A stretch of 64,000 bases of DNA from Mustelus asterias (GCF_964213995.1 NW_027590117.1:1240001-1304000); one strand, 5' to 3'. Positions 1 through 12,485 are shown, numbered from the stretch's first letter. Program-made: numbers and translations. The notes: generated by a model not told the origin, from the letters alone.

Positions 1-850
1 CTCTTTGAACACAGAATTAGTCCCATGGGATTGGAGGATTGCAAATGTAATGCTGTTTTTCAGGAAAGGGGCAAAGGATACCCCAGGAAACTACAGACCT
101 CTCAGCTGGACATCAATAGTGAGAAAACAGATGGAGGCCACAGTATGAAATAAGATATATATATATACTCTCAGAGAAATATAAGTTCATACTCGGCAGA
201 TGACATAATTTTCTCAAGGGCAGGTCATGTTTGGCAAGATGAGACACAGACATTGGATGAGGGTAGTGCCGTGGATGTTGTATATTTGGACTTTTAGAAA
301 GCATTTGATATGGTGCCACATGGCAGGTTGGTGAGCGAATTAGAAATGTTTGTGATTGATGGGTCCTTGGCAGCATGGATTAGAAGTTGGCTGAAAGATA
401 GGAAACAGAGGTTGGGTATAGATGTGCATTTCTCAGACTCAAGACGAGTTGAAAGTGGTGTTCCCCAGGGATCAGTGTTGGGACACTTGCTTTTTCTGAT
501 TTATATAAACCATTTAGAGATCGATGTTAAGGGCAAAATTTGCATACAATACCAAGCTGGGGAGAATAGTGAATTGTGAGAATGATGCTGAGTGACTTTA
601 GAGGGACATTGACAAGTTGCCCAAATGGGCAGACACCTGGCAGATGAATTGCAATGCAGCAAAATGTGAGGAAATGCATTTTGGTAAAAGAAACATGAGG
701 AGAAAATATGCCCATTATGGTACAGCATTTAGGGAAAGTACAGGAGCAGAGAGAACTTGGGTTTCAAGTGTATAATGCTCTGTTGTGGGCAAGGCAAGTT
801 GAAACAGTTATTAATAAGGCTGATAGGATCCTTGGAGTCATAGAGGTTTA
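1..850 (+). mobile_element. Degenerate CR1-clade LINE reverse-transcriptase fragment
   Basis: Broken frames with CR1 RT motifs (KAFDMVPH..., [18 protein letters not shown]); many stops and frameshifts. Confidence 0.85.
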
Positions 851-946
851 CAGCATGGAAACAGCTCTTTGGCCCAACTTGTCCAAGCCCTCCTGTTTAT
901 ACCACTAAGCTAGTCTCAATTGCCTGCATTCGGCCTGTATCCCTTC

Positions 947-1290
947 AGAATCATAGAAGCCCTATAGTGCAGAAAGAGGCCATTTGGCCCATCGAGTCTG
1001 CACCGACCACAATCCCATCCCGGCCCTACCCCCTTATCCCGACATATTTACCCGCTAATCCCTCTAACCTACGCATCTCGGGACACGAAGCAGCAATTTT
1101 AGCATGGCCAATCAACCTAACCTGCACATCATTGGACTGTGGGAGGAAACCGGAGCACCCAGAGGAAACCCATGCAGACACGAGGAGAATGTGCAAACTC
1201 CACACAGACAGTGACCCAAGCCAGGAATCGAACCCAGGTTCCTGGAGCTGTGAAGCAGCAGTGCTAACCACTGTGCTACCGTGCCGCCCC
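947..1290 (-). mobile_element. HE1-type tRNA-derived V-SINE, near full length
   Basis: Minus strand reads GGGCGGCACGGTAGCACAGTGGTTAGCACTGCTG...GGTTCGATTCC (A/B boxes), V-domain GGTTTCCTCTGGGTGCTCCGGTTTCCTCCCACAGTCC, and a TTCTATGATTCT tail. Confidence 0.9.
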
Positions 1291-1649
1291 AATTCCCTAC
1301 AATTCCAATTCCAATTTATACCAATCTTACCCATGTAACTGTCTAAATGCTTTTTAAAAGACAAAATTGTACCCACCTCTACGACTGCCTCTGGCAGCTC
1401 GTTCCAGACATTCACAACTCTGTGTGTGAAAACCCTCTGGTTCTGGGTTCCTAGTCCATGAATCAGAAAAGGCTAATATAGATGTGCAGCAAACAATTAG
1501 GAATGCAAATAGAATGTTATTGCTTAATGTGAGGAATTGTAGGGAATTGATGCTTCACTTGAACAGGACGAGGTGAGACCACATCTGGAGGATTGTATAC
1601 AGTACTGGTCCCCTTATCGAAAGAAATATGTAAACACGTTAGAAGCAGT

Positions 1650-3915
1650 GTCAGTGTGCAATGAATACTCTCTCAATCTATCAGCGTGTGTGCGTGAAGA
1701 ATCAACTCTCTCAATCTATTACTGTATGGGTGTGGAATTAACTCTCAATCTATTAGTGTGAGAGTGTGGAATTAACTCTCTTTCAATCTATTACTGTGTC
1801 TCAGTGTGTAATTAACTCTATCTTAATCTAGTGCTGTGTTTGGGTGGAATTAACCTTCTAACAATCTATTACTGTCTGTGTGTGTGTGGAATTAAAACTC
1901 TCTCAATCTAACAGTGTGTGTGGGTGTGGAATTAACTTTCTCTCAATCAGTTGCTGTGTGTCGGTGTGGAATTAACTCTATCTTAATCTATTACTGTGAG
2001 AGAGTGTGCAAGTAACACTGACAATCTATTAGTGTGTGGTTAACTCTCTCTCTCTCAGTCTATTACTGTGAGAGAGTGTGGAATTAACTCTCCCTCTCAA
2101 TCTATTACTGTGTGAGAGTGTGTTGAATTATCTAGCTGACAATATATTACTGTGTGTGTGTGTATGTGGAACTAACTCTCTCTCAATCTATTACTGTGTG
2201 AGAGTGTGTGGAATTAACGAGCTGACAATATATTACTGTGTGAGTGTGTGTGTGTGTGTGTGGAACTAACTCTCAATCTATTACTGTGTGAGTGTGTGTG
2301 TGGTGTGTGTGGAACTAACTCTCTCTCAATCTATTACTGTGTGTGTGTGTGGAGTTGACTCTCTCAATCCATTAGTGTGTGAGAGTGGCAATTATAATTG
2401 TCTCAATCCACTACTGTGTGTCAGTGTGGCAGAAACTCTCTCTCAATCTATTACTATGTTTGAGTGTGGCAGTAACTCTCTGACAATCTATTACTATGTG
2501 AGAGTGTAGAATTATCACTCTCTCAATCTGTTACTGTGTGTAGAATTAATTCTCTCTCAATCTATTAAGGTGTGTGAGTGTGTAATTAACCCTCTGTCAG
2601 TCTATTACTGTGTATGAGTGTCGAATTAACTCTCTCAATCTATTAGTGTGTGAGTGTAGAATTAACTCTCTCACTCTATTACTGTGTGTGAGTGTGGAAA
2701 TGACTCTCTTCTAATACTTTATCGATTACTGTGCAGAATTAACTCTCTCAATCTATTATTGTATGTGAGTGTGGAATTAACTCTATCCTATTACTGTGTG
2801 TGCATGTGTGCGTGTGTGTGGAATTAACTCTCTCTCAATCTATTCCTCTGTGTGATTGTGGAAGTAGCTCTCTCAATCTATTGCTGTGTGTGTGTTGAAT
2901 TAACTCTCTCGCAATCTATCACTGTGATTTTGGGATTAACTCTCTCTCAATCTATTGCTCTGTCAGTGTGGAATTAACTCTCTCTCAATCTATTGCTCTG
3001 TCAGTGTGGAATTAACTCTCTCTCAATCTATTACTGAGTGCGAGTGTGCAAATAATACTCTCTCAATCTATTACTGTGTGAGAGGGTGGAATTAACTCAC
3101 ATCTATTACTAGGTGCGAGTGTGCAATTAACTCCCTCTCAATCTATTCCTGAGAGTGTGTGGAATTAACTCTCTCTCAATCGATTACTGAGTGTGAGTGT
3201 GGAATTAATTCTCTCTCAATCTATTACTGTCTGAGAGGGTGGAATTAACTCCCATCTATTACTATGCATGAGTGTGGAATTAACTCCCTCTCAATCTATT
3301 CCCGAGAGTGTGTGGAATTAACTCTCTCTCAATCTATTACTATGTGATAGTGTGGAATTAACCATCTCAATCTGTTAGTGTGTGTGTGTGGAATTAACAC
3401 CCTCTGAATTGAATTGTGAGAGAGTGTGGAATTATCTCTGTCAATCTATTACTGTGTGCGAGTGTGCAATGAATAATCTCTCAATCTATCACTGTGTGAG
3501 TGTGTAATTAACTCTCTCAAACTATTACTGTGTTTCAGTGTGGAATTAACTCTCAATCTATTACTGTGTGTCAGTGTGGAATTGACTCTCTCTCAATCTA
3601 TTGCACTGTGTGCGAGCGTGGAATTAACTGTCTCTCACTGTATTGTTGTGAGGATGGAAGAACTCTCTCTCAATCTATTACTGTGTGAGAGTGTGGATGT
3701 AACTCTCTCTCAATATGTTACAGTGTGAGAGTGTGAAATTGACACTCTCTCAACCAATTACTGTGTATGTGTAATTAACTCCCTCTCAAACTATTACTGA
3801 GTGTGAATGTGGAATTAACTCTCTCTCAATCTGTTACTGTGTGATTGTGGAAATAACTCCCTAGCTATCTATTAATAATGTATGCAATTAACTGTCAGTG
3901 TCTGTTACTGTATGG
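1650..3915 (+). repeat. Tandem satellite array, ~35-40 bp unit (GTGTGGAATTAACTCTCTCTCAATCTATTACT)
   Basis: Dozens of directly visible diverged tandem units. Confidence 0.95.
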
Positions 3916-4845
3916 AAGTGGGTCACTGTCAGCTTAGCAAACTGCTGCTAGTAGAGAGCCACAGGGATCAGTGCTGGGTTCTCAGCTATTTACAATCTAT
4001 ACTAATGACCCAGATGAAGGGACAGATCAACACCAAATTTTCAGGCAATATATAGGTAAGTGGGAAAGCAGGTTGTGAGGAGGACACAAAAAGTCTGCAA
4101 GGGGATATAGAGAGGTTAAGTGAGTGGACACAAATCTGGCAGGTAGGATACAATGTAGGAAAGAGTGAGGCTTTCCACTTCAGTGGGAAGAATTGGAAGG
4201 CAGAACATTATTTAATTAGAGGAAGAGACAGCAGAATGTTACAGTACAGAGGATCTAACTGTAATTATAAGTACATATGTGGCGTATAAAAGTAGGGAAA
4301 TGTTGCTGCAAATACATGGCATTGCTGAGTCTACACGTTTATATGCTTTCTCTGATTTAAAGAGGGAAACACTTGTATTGTAGGCAATGAAGATTCACTT
4401 GGTTGATTGCTAAGATGAAGGAGTCATCTTATGAGGAAAGTTTAATCAAGTTAAGCTAATATCATAGAAGTTGAGAAGAATGAGAGATGATCATATTGAA
4501 ACATGGAAGAATCTGAGGAGACTGGACAGGGTAGATGTTGAGAGGAATGTTTCCATTTATGGGCAAAATTGGAACGACAGGACACAGTTTAAAAATAAAG
4601 TATGCCCCACTTAAGATGGAGATGAGAAGGAATTTCTCCTCTCAAAGTGTCCTTAATTTTTGGCATTGATTAGATTCCATCCTAAGGTAGGAAGAATTTT
4701 GATCTACGAGAGAGACAAGGGTTATAGGGCAGGCAATAAAATGGAGTTGAGGCCATAATCACATCAACCATGATCTTACTGAATGGTGGAGCAACCCGAA
4801 AGAACAAATTGCCTTCTGCTACTCCTGCTTCATATGTTCTGATTT
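3915..4845 (+). mobile_element. Degenerate CR1 LINE 3' part
   Basis: CCACAGGGATCAGTGCTGGG RT motif and CR1-type 3' UTR (CCATGATCTTACTGAATGGTGGAGCA). Confidence 0.75.
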
Positions 4846-5403
4846 GATGTCAATGTGGAACTAACTCTCTTAGTCTCTGTTTCAGTATTTCAGTGTGGAA
4901 TTAACTTACGTTTGACACTGCATATGAGTGCAGAACTGATTCCCTTTCCATTACTAATTTTATATGAGTGTGCAATGTCTCTGTCAGTCTCTGTTACTGT
5001 ACAGGACACCTTGATGAGAAATGTTTGGGCCCGACTGGTCTCAAATGTACTCAGGGTTAAACCCATCAGCTTTTCCTCCATCAACACTCCAGTTCAAAGC
5101 CAGCCAACAAGAACATACCTTCACAGAAAGTGAGACACCAATTTTCACAACCAACATCCACCCTGGTTCAAATGGATTCTTTGTCCATTTCTGGCCTCAT
5201 TTTTCTGAGCAACAGCTACAATAATTCACTGGTAAAATCATGTGGCCACTGGAATTTTGAAACAAGGTGAAAATTCTGGAATACACAACAGGTCAGGTAG
5301 CATCTGCAAAGAGAGAAACAGAGTTCATGTTTCAGCTCACTGACAATCAGCATGAGATAAAACACTTCCTAATATCCACTCATGGCGGCCGCAGTTCCCA
5401 CAT

Positions 5404-5710
5404 GGGGAGGTAATGGTGTAGTGGTATTGTCACTGGACTAGTGATCCAGTGTAATGCAATGGGAGCAAATTTTACCACAGCAGAGAGTGCAATTTGAACT
5501 AAAAAAAAATCTGGAATTAAGGTCTAATGATGACCATGTCATGACAACCCACTTCATTTACTGATGCTCCTTTAGGCAAGCAAATCTGCCCAAATTTACT
5601 GTTCTGGCCGACATGTGACTCCAGGCACACAGCAATGTGGTTGACTCTTAAGTGCCCTCTGAAATGGCCTGACAAGCCAGTGATGCCCACATCACATGAA
5701 TTAATAAAAA
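5404..5710 (+). mobile_element. SacSINE1/Deu-SINE-like tRNA-derived SINE
   Basis: Head GGGGAGGTAATGGTGTAGTGGTATTGTCACTGGACTAGT, body CATGTGACTCCAG...GTGGTTGACTCTT, A-rich end; related copies at 28720-29045 and 56988-57180. Confidence 0.65.
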
Positions 5711-5804
5711 CAATGCTCTGTGCCCCGGAAAGTGCTCTATCCAGGACACTGACTTGCCCAGGCACAGGGCAATCTGTGCTGGAACATTCCCCAGTGCCAC
5801 TTGT

Positions 5805-6060
5805 AAAGTTTATTTATTTGTGTCACAAGTAGGGCTTACATTAACACTGCAATGAAGTTACTCTGAAAACTCTCTAGTCACTGCACTCTGGCGCCTGTTT
5901 GGGTACACTGAGAGAGCATTTAGCATGACCAATGACCAGAGGAAACCTATGCAGACATGGGGAGATTGTGTAGACTTCGCATCGACAGTGACCTAAGCCA
6001 GGAATCGAACCCGGGTCCCTGGCGCAGTGAGGCAGCAGTGCTAACCACTGTACCACTCCC
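5805..6060 (-). mobile_element. V-SINE with HE1-like head and an alternative 3' tail
   Basis: HE1 head followed by tail ...GCAGTGTTAATGTAAGCCCTACTTGTGACACAAATAAA. Confidence 0.75.
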
Positions 6061-6924
6061 ATTCCACCAAGCTGCCCGTGTCTTATTGAAGTTTCCCACT
6101 TTCCTCCTCACAGTTGCCAATGCCTCCAAGATTGGCGGTGTATGGAAATGTTGAGCTTGAGTCCTGTACACCAAGGTGTGTGTCATTAATATATATCAGG
6201 AAGAGCAGGGCTCCTAAAACCGAGCCCTGGGGAACTCCACTAGAAACCTTCCTCCAGTCTGAAACACAACCATTAACCACTACTCTCTGTTTCCTCTCAC
6301 TCACACTCTTCCACATGGGGCGGTGAAGATGGCCTCAGCACCCTAGCTATGACTGTAACACTGCATTCTGCACTCTCTCCTATCCTTCTCTGTGAATGGT
6401 ATGCTTTGTCTGTATAGCATGCAAGCAACAATACTTTTCACTATTTACTAATACATGTGACGATAATAAATCAAATCATACCTCAATCTGAGAATGTATT
6501 TCAGATTTGGATTTGTATCAAATGTATTTGTGAATATTCACTGTGGCCATTAGTACAATAAATTCAAAACCCCTGATTTGCGTGATGTATTTAAGTCGAA
6601 TCTCAGAGTACATTATTAATGTTCATTGTGTAACTTTTAATTAGATTCCATGTGTCAGTTTTATCATATATTTAATTTGGAGCTAAGGCTGCTCTATTGT
6701 GGGATTGACACTGTGATGATCTGATGGCAGGAGTCAATTTGGACTTGGATTTATGGATCCCACTATCAATGGTACTGGGTTTGATTTGATTTATTGTCAC
6801 ATGCATTGGTATACAGTGAAAAGTATTGTTTTCTTGCGTGCTATACAGACAAAGCAGACAGTTCATATAGCACATAGAGCAGAAGAAAAGGAGAGGGTGC
6901 AGAATGTAGTCTTAAAAGTCCATT

Positions 6925-7007
6925 TAATTGGAGTGCGGTTCAAATGCACACGGACATAAGTCCATTGGATCTTAAGTCCAACCGCTTAACCACTCGGCCA
7001 TCCTGGT
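6925..7007 (-). pseudogene. tRNA-Leu(TAA) pseudogene
   Basis: ACCAGGATGGCCGAGTGGTTAAGCGGTTGGACTTAAGATCCAATGG...; T-arm mutated (ATTTGAA) and 3' acceptor strand (CCAATTA) cannot pair. Confidence 0.85.
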
Positions 7008-7137
7008 AGGATATTTAGAGTCACATGGACAAAAATGGCTGTCTCTCCTGCTCTGTTTGATTGATGGATTGAAAATGTGTCTGCAACTATTTCTGCTCTC
7101 TGAGCCCGTTGAACTAATAAGATGTCTGTGTGTCTGG

Positions 7138-8372
7138 AATTGGTTGCATTCTTGGACATACGCATCTCCATCAAGGACGGTCACCTCAGCACTTCACTGT
7201 ACCGCAAGCACATGGATAACCTCATGATGCTCCACTTCTCCAGCTTCCATCCTATACACGTTAAAGAAGCCGTCCTCTGTGGACAAGCCCTCTGTATACA
7301 CAGGATCTGCTCAGATTAGGAGTATTGCAACAGACACCTACAGACGCTGAAAGATGCCCTCATAACAACAGGATATGGTGCTCGACTCATTGATCGACAG
7401 TTCCGATGTGCCACAGAAGACAAACACAGGACACGATAGACAGAGTACCCTTCATTGTCCAATCCTTCCCCAGAGCGGAGAAGCTACGACATCTTCTCCG
7501 GAGCCTTCAACATATCAAGTATGAAGACGAACATCTCGCCAAGGCCATCCCCACACCCTCACTTCTCGCCTTCAAACAATCGCATAACCTCAAACAGACC
7601 ATTGTCTGCAGCAAATTACCCAGCATTCAGGAGAACATTGACCACGACACCACACAACCCTGCCACAGCAACCTCGGTAAATGTGCCGGATCATTGACAC
7701 TGATGCCATCATCTCACATGAGAACACCATCCACCACGTACACAGTACATATTCTTGCGAGTTGGCCAATGTTGTCTACCTGACACGCTGCAGGAAAGGA
7801 TGTCCCAAGGCATGGCACATTGGAGAGACTGTGCAGACACTATGACAACGGATGAATGAACACCGCTCAACAATCGCCAGGCAGGAGTGCTTCCTTCCTG
7901 TCGGGGTACACTTCAGCAGTCATGGGAATTCAACCTCTGATCTTCGAGTAAGCGTTCTCCAAGGTGGCCTTCACGACACATGACAACGCAGAATCAATGA
8001 GCAGAAACTGATAGCCAAGTTCCGCACACATGAGGACGGCCTCAAACGGGACCTTGGGATTATGTCACACTATCTGTAACCCCCACAACTTGCCTGGGCA
8101 AAATATCAATAACTGTCCTGGCTGGAGACAATACACACCTCTTTAACCAGTGCTTGGCCCTCTCTCCATTTACACTGTCTGTAATTTTAAGACTTGATTA
8201 CCTGTAAAGACTCGCATTCTTACCATTATCTTGTAAATTGAGTTTGTGCCTGTATGTGCCCTGTTTGTGAACACAGCTTCTCACTCACCTGAAGGAGCCT
8301 GAGACTCCAAAAGCTTGTGCTGCCAAATAAACCTGTTGGACTTTAACCTGGTGTTGTGAGACTTCTTACTGT
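7138..8372 (+). mobile_element. Penelope-like retroelement, 5'-truncated (RT C-terminus, GIY-YIG, terminal repeat)
   Basis: Frames read FLDIRISIKDGHLSTSLYRK and ..NVVYLTRCRKGCPKAWHIGET..; ends with AATAAACCTGTTGGACTTTAACCTGGTGTTGT; absent from the paralogous region near 25700. Confidence 0.85.
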
Positions 8373-8529
8373 CTGAGCTCCGTCAGAGACAACGTGAGAA
8401 GGAGCCGGCGACTCACTTCCCTGTAACTTGCGTGGAGACATCACATTTATTCACGTTCCTTCAATAATTTGTCTGTGGAAACAAAGTATATTTTAAAATT
8501 CAAGTACAGGTGAGAGAGAAGATACAGAT

Positions 8530-9270
8530 TCCGTCAGTTTAATCTCTATTAATAATCATTGTGAGCGGTTTGTGAGGCTGCAGCCAGACTCGAGCTCTGA
8601 TTGGTCACTCACATTTCAATCAGATTCGTAACCAATGGGAGGATCAGGGAGAAGAAATGGGAGGTTTTGATTGGTTCACATTTTCAAATTGGAAAAACCC
8701 GCCAATTTCAGTGCAGGAAAAATACAAAATAACGAACGCCTGAATGTTCAGGAAACTATTTCAATCTCACTTTATAATCTGTTTATTGTATTTTCCGCCA
8801 CAGAATCCTGGCGCTATTTTAGGAACAGTTTGAATTTCTCAATCTCTTATCTATAACCCGCGGTAATCAGACCCCGTTCCGCAATTTAAAACGGAGCAAA
8901 TCTCAGCTCAGTGGAAAAGCAGAAACAGAGAGATCACCAACCAACCCCTTCACACAGGCTTCCCAGGGACAGAGGGAAACGGCTGATTTCTGATCCTATC
9001 CCCTGAAAGCGGCCGGGAATGTTACAATGGGAAGTGCGGAGAGAATCCCCGGCCCGATCCCGCCGGTGGAACAGGCAGCTTTGTGTCTGGAGAATAGGGA
9101 GCGCCGGGGGGAGGCAGATCTTAAAGCGCTGCAATGGACTCAGGTCCTGTGTGTGCAGAAATCTCGCTGATTCCGTCCTCTGGGAAAACTGCGGAAGAAA
9201 GATCAGCCCGAGAATAACCTCTTCATTCCCGCCTTTACTCTGTTCCGGGAGCGACGCCCAGATCATCCGA
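8530..9270 (-). promoter_or_regulatory. Duplicated non-coding CCAAT/TTGGCGG module (inverted copy of 24805-25555)
   Basis: Near-identical reverse complement of 24805-25555; three CCAAT boxes and CCCGCCAATTT motif; no ORF. Confidence 0.6.
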
Positions 9271-10005
9271 CAGAGGAAAATATATCATTCTCCAACTGCG
9301 AAATTCTTCCTTGTTGTCGATAATGCACCGGGATAGACTCGGTATGAAGCAAACTGAAGGATTTATAAAAACCTTGATTCTGACACCATGTCGTTCAATT
9401 ATTCACTTGAGCTCAATATAGAGAGGGAAATGAAAACATCAGTAAACACATCAGAAACAGATCAATCCACCGTGACAATAACTCCATCTCTGACTCCCTG
9501 CTGCCAGGAAGCAGCCCTTTCACTGATCCTGTGAGCTTGTGTGTTAAATCTGAATGGGCTTGAGAGAAAAGGGACAGAGATCGAGTCTAACGCACTAAGT
9601 GGAGGAAGATAGACTTCAAATCCTCTCTGTACCTGTAACAATCTGTGTAAGAATGGAATAAAGTCTTAGTTTGCACAGATGGTTATTTGCTGCACAAAAA
9701 ACGGCGCAAATGATGAAATTGTTGATTAACTGAAATCAGAACCCGAGTTCCAGATATCAACTATTAATAAAAAACAGCAACTTGCATGCATTAAAATACT
9801 GCCTGTGACAATACTATCGTAACGTGGATGGTGTATTCGCCTGATGAATTCCTCTATCTGCTGCGAGACTGATGGGGTCTATTTACTATCGTACACAGGG
9901 GGAACTCCGGATTGATAAAACAAAGCGGGAAACAGCTGGACTGTGAATAGCAGCGCAGCATCTGAGGGGCAAACAATAGATCGCCCTTTTCCAGAAAAAG
10001 TGAGT

Positions 10006-10021
10006 GGCTCTGAAAAGAGCC
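10006..10021 (-). terminator. Histone 3' stem-loop (H2A)
   Basis: GGCTCTTTTCAGAGCC followed by a purine-rich HDE-like element (GAAAAGGGCGA). Confidence 0.95.
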
Positions 10022-10051
10022 TTTGGGTTATCAGATTAAAGAATGGTCGCT

Positions 10052-10501
<450 letters not shown>

Positions 10502-11541
10502 TTATAGCTCCGGGAGGAATGGAGGTGCGGACATTGCTGATTGGTCACTTTGTTGCTGCCTCTCAGCATCTTGTTCATATGACCAATCAGAAATCTGCTT
10601 AACTCACCAATCCGGAGAGCCCACGGAGTGAGGGCGGAAAATAACGGCGCCAAAATCTCAGATTCCAACCGATTTCATTTCAAACTGTAAAAGCCGCCAA
10701 AGCGGAAAGAACAAGAGTTTCGAAAATTATACGAATAGGTAATGGTTAATTAATTTTGAGTAATGTAAGAATCTCCCTTTCTCTCCTTCCCCAGTCTATA
10801 GTTAACCTGTATCTGGCAGTTTCTGATTTTCAGCCTGGGCTTTTCGGAAAATAAGTCGAAAATAACAAAATTTTCACTATTCATTTTTGAAAAGTTCGCA
10901 GATGTATTTATAAAACAAGAAATACATTTCAAATAAAATCTCTCAATAATTAACTGTCTAACAACAAAGTGTTTAAAACATCAGTCTGTGTTTGCACCAT
11001 TTCACATTTTAACCCAAGTTGCAGATTTGCTTTTAGAATCCTGGATCCATTCGGGGTTAATCTCGGCCCTTTTTAAAACTCTCGAACTCGCCGCCAGAAA
11101 GTCTCATTGACATCGTTCTGTAAACGGACGGGATGTTCTCCATATTCGTGAGAATCAAGAGGGGAGTGAACATTTTCGGTGTAAATTGACCATTGCCGAG
11201 ACTGAGGTTCCTGCACAACCGGGGCTGATAGGGAATAAACTGATCGATTATTAAGACCAAACTGGAACAGAATTGGAAGCTGCCACATTTGCTCATTAGC
11301 TCTCTCTCCCTCTCTAAAGTCGGGGAAACGGGCCTCTGAGATCTAAGTGCAGAGGCGGTCGGAAACCAATTAATTAATTAATGAAACATTATTAATCAGA
11401 CGCTGGGCGATTAACTTGCATTACTCAGTACCTATCATTGATCAACAGCAAAAACAACAATTAGATTGTTCGAGACGCTTCAGAGTGAAAGATTAATTGA
11501 AACTAAATGGATGATATAGCTTTTTCAGGGAGATTGTGAGT

Positions 11542-11557
11542 GGCTCTTAAAAGAGCC
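11542..11557 (-). terminator. Histone 3' stem-loop (H2B)
   Basis: GGCTCTTTTAAGAGCC. Confidence 0.95.
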
Positions 11558-11593
11558 GTTGTGTTTGGGATGTTTTTCAGTCCATGGGGAGTT

Positions 11594-11968
11594 TTACTTG
11601 GAGCTGGTGTACTTGGTCACCGCCTTTGTCCCTTCCGACACGGCGTGCTTGGCCAGTTCCCCGGGCAGCAGCAGGCGCACGGCGGTCTGGATCTCCCGGG
11701 AGCTGATGGTGCTGCGCTTGTTGTAATGGGCCAGGCGGGAAGCCTCACCCGCGATGCGCTCGAAAATATCGTTCACGAACGAGTTCATGATGCTCATGGC
11801 CTTGGAGGAGATGCCGGTGTCGGGGTGAACCTGCTTCATCACTTTGTAGATGTAGATGGAGTAACTCTCCTTCCTCGACTTTCGCCGCTTCTTGCCGCCC
11901 TTTACTACCGGTTTCTTAATCACTTTCTTCGCCCCCTTCTTAGGAGCTGTTTTCTTCTCATCCACCAT
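11594..11968 (-). CDS. H2B: Histone H2B, replication-dependent (124 aa)
   Basis: [15 protein letters not shown]...[27 protein letters not shown]...VTKYTSSK; stem-loop downstream. Confidence 0.97.
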   Translation of the reverse strand: MVDEKKTAPKKGAKKVIKKPVVKGGKKRRKSRKESYSIYIYKVMKQVHPDTGISSKAMSIMNSFVNDIFERIAGEASRLAHYNKRSTISSREIQTAVRLLLPGELAKHAVSEGTKAVTKYTSSK

Positions 11969-12019
11969 TGTCACAGTTAATTTCAGACACAGAATCACTG
12001 AGTCGCGCTCGGAACTCCT

Positions 12020-12130
12020 CTTTTATAGATCAAAGCAGAGGCCTATGCGAATGAAGGATTGCTGAAAGCCCTGTTCCCCATTGGCTCATTCACAATGATG
12101 TCAATTCGTGACGCTCTCTCTCTGATTGGT
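12020..12130 (-). promoter_or_regulatory. H2B promoter: TATA, octamer-like H2B box, CCAAT boxes
   Basis: CTATAAAAG at ~12020-12028; ATTCGCAT (one mismatch to ATTTGCAT) at ~12045-12052; CCAAT at ~12080 and ~12125. Confidence 0.8.
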
Positions 12131-12154
12131 TAGTTCAGATACACAAACACATAG

Positions 12155-12485
12155 TTTTTTTTTATACTTTTCCAATTCAATCAAATCAAATCCAATTCAG
12201 AGTTTCAACAAGTTGAGACATTTCAGATCCAGGCTGACAAGACAGGACGGGAGACCAAAACCACCCTGTCCTGGGCCTGATCTACATGAGTCAAACTGAT
12301 TGGAGAAGGGGGAGGATCCTCCTCCAAGACTTGAGCTCATTTGCATCTTAGCCAAAAGGCCGAGATGCCGCTTTTAAAAATTGCTTCATATCAAACATAT
12401 GAAACCTCAGCGTAACCTAATGACCTCAACCAAGTGCAGGCAATCCATACTACACTTGATCTTAGCCAAAAGGCCGAGAAGCGAT
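12155..12485 (-). mobile_element. U2 snRNA-headed short retroposon, copy 1 (candidate SINEU-like element)
   Basis: Starts exactly at U2 +1: ATCGCTTCTCGGCCTTTTGGCTAAGATCAAGTGTAGTAT (12485-12447); non-U2 body; internal repeat TCTCGGCCTTTTGGCTAAGAT; A9 tail; homologous to 50316-50648. Confidence 0.85.

Noticed and set aside
1650-3915. CRISPR-like repeat array
   Set aside because: Tandem degenerate units without unique spacers, no cas genes, vertebrate context; it is a satellite
12447-12485. Functional U2 snRNA gene
   Set aside because: Only the first 39 nt match; the rest of U2 is absent and a poly(A) tail follows a foreign body
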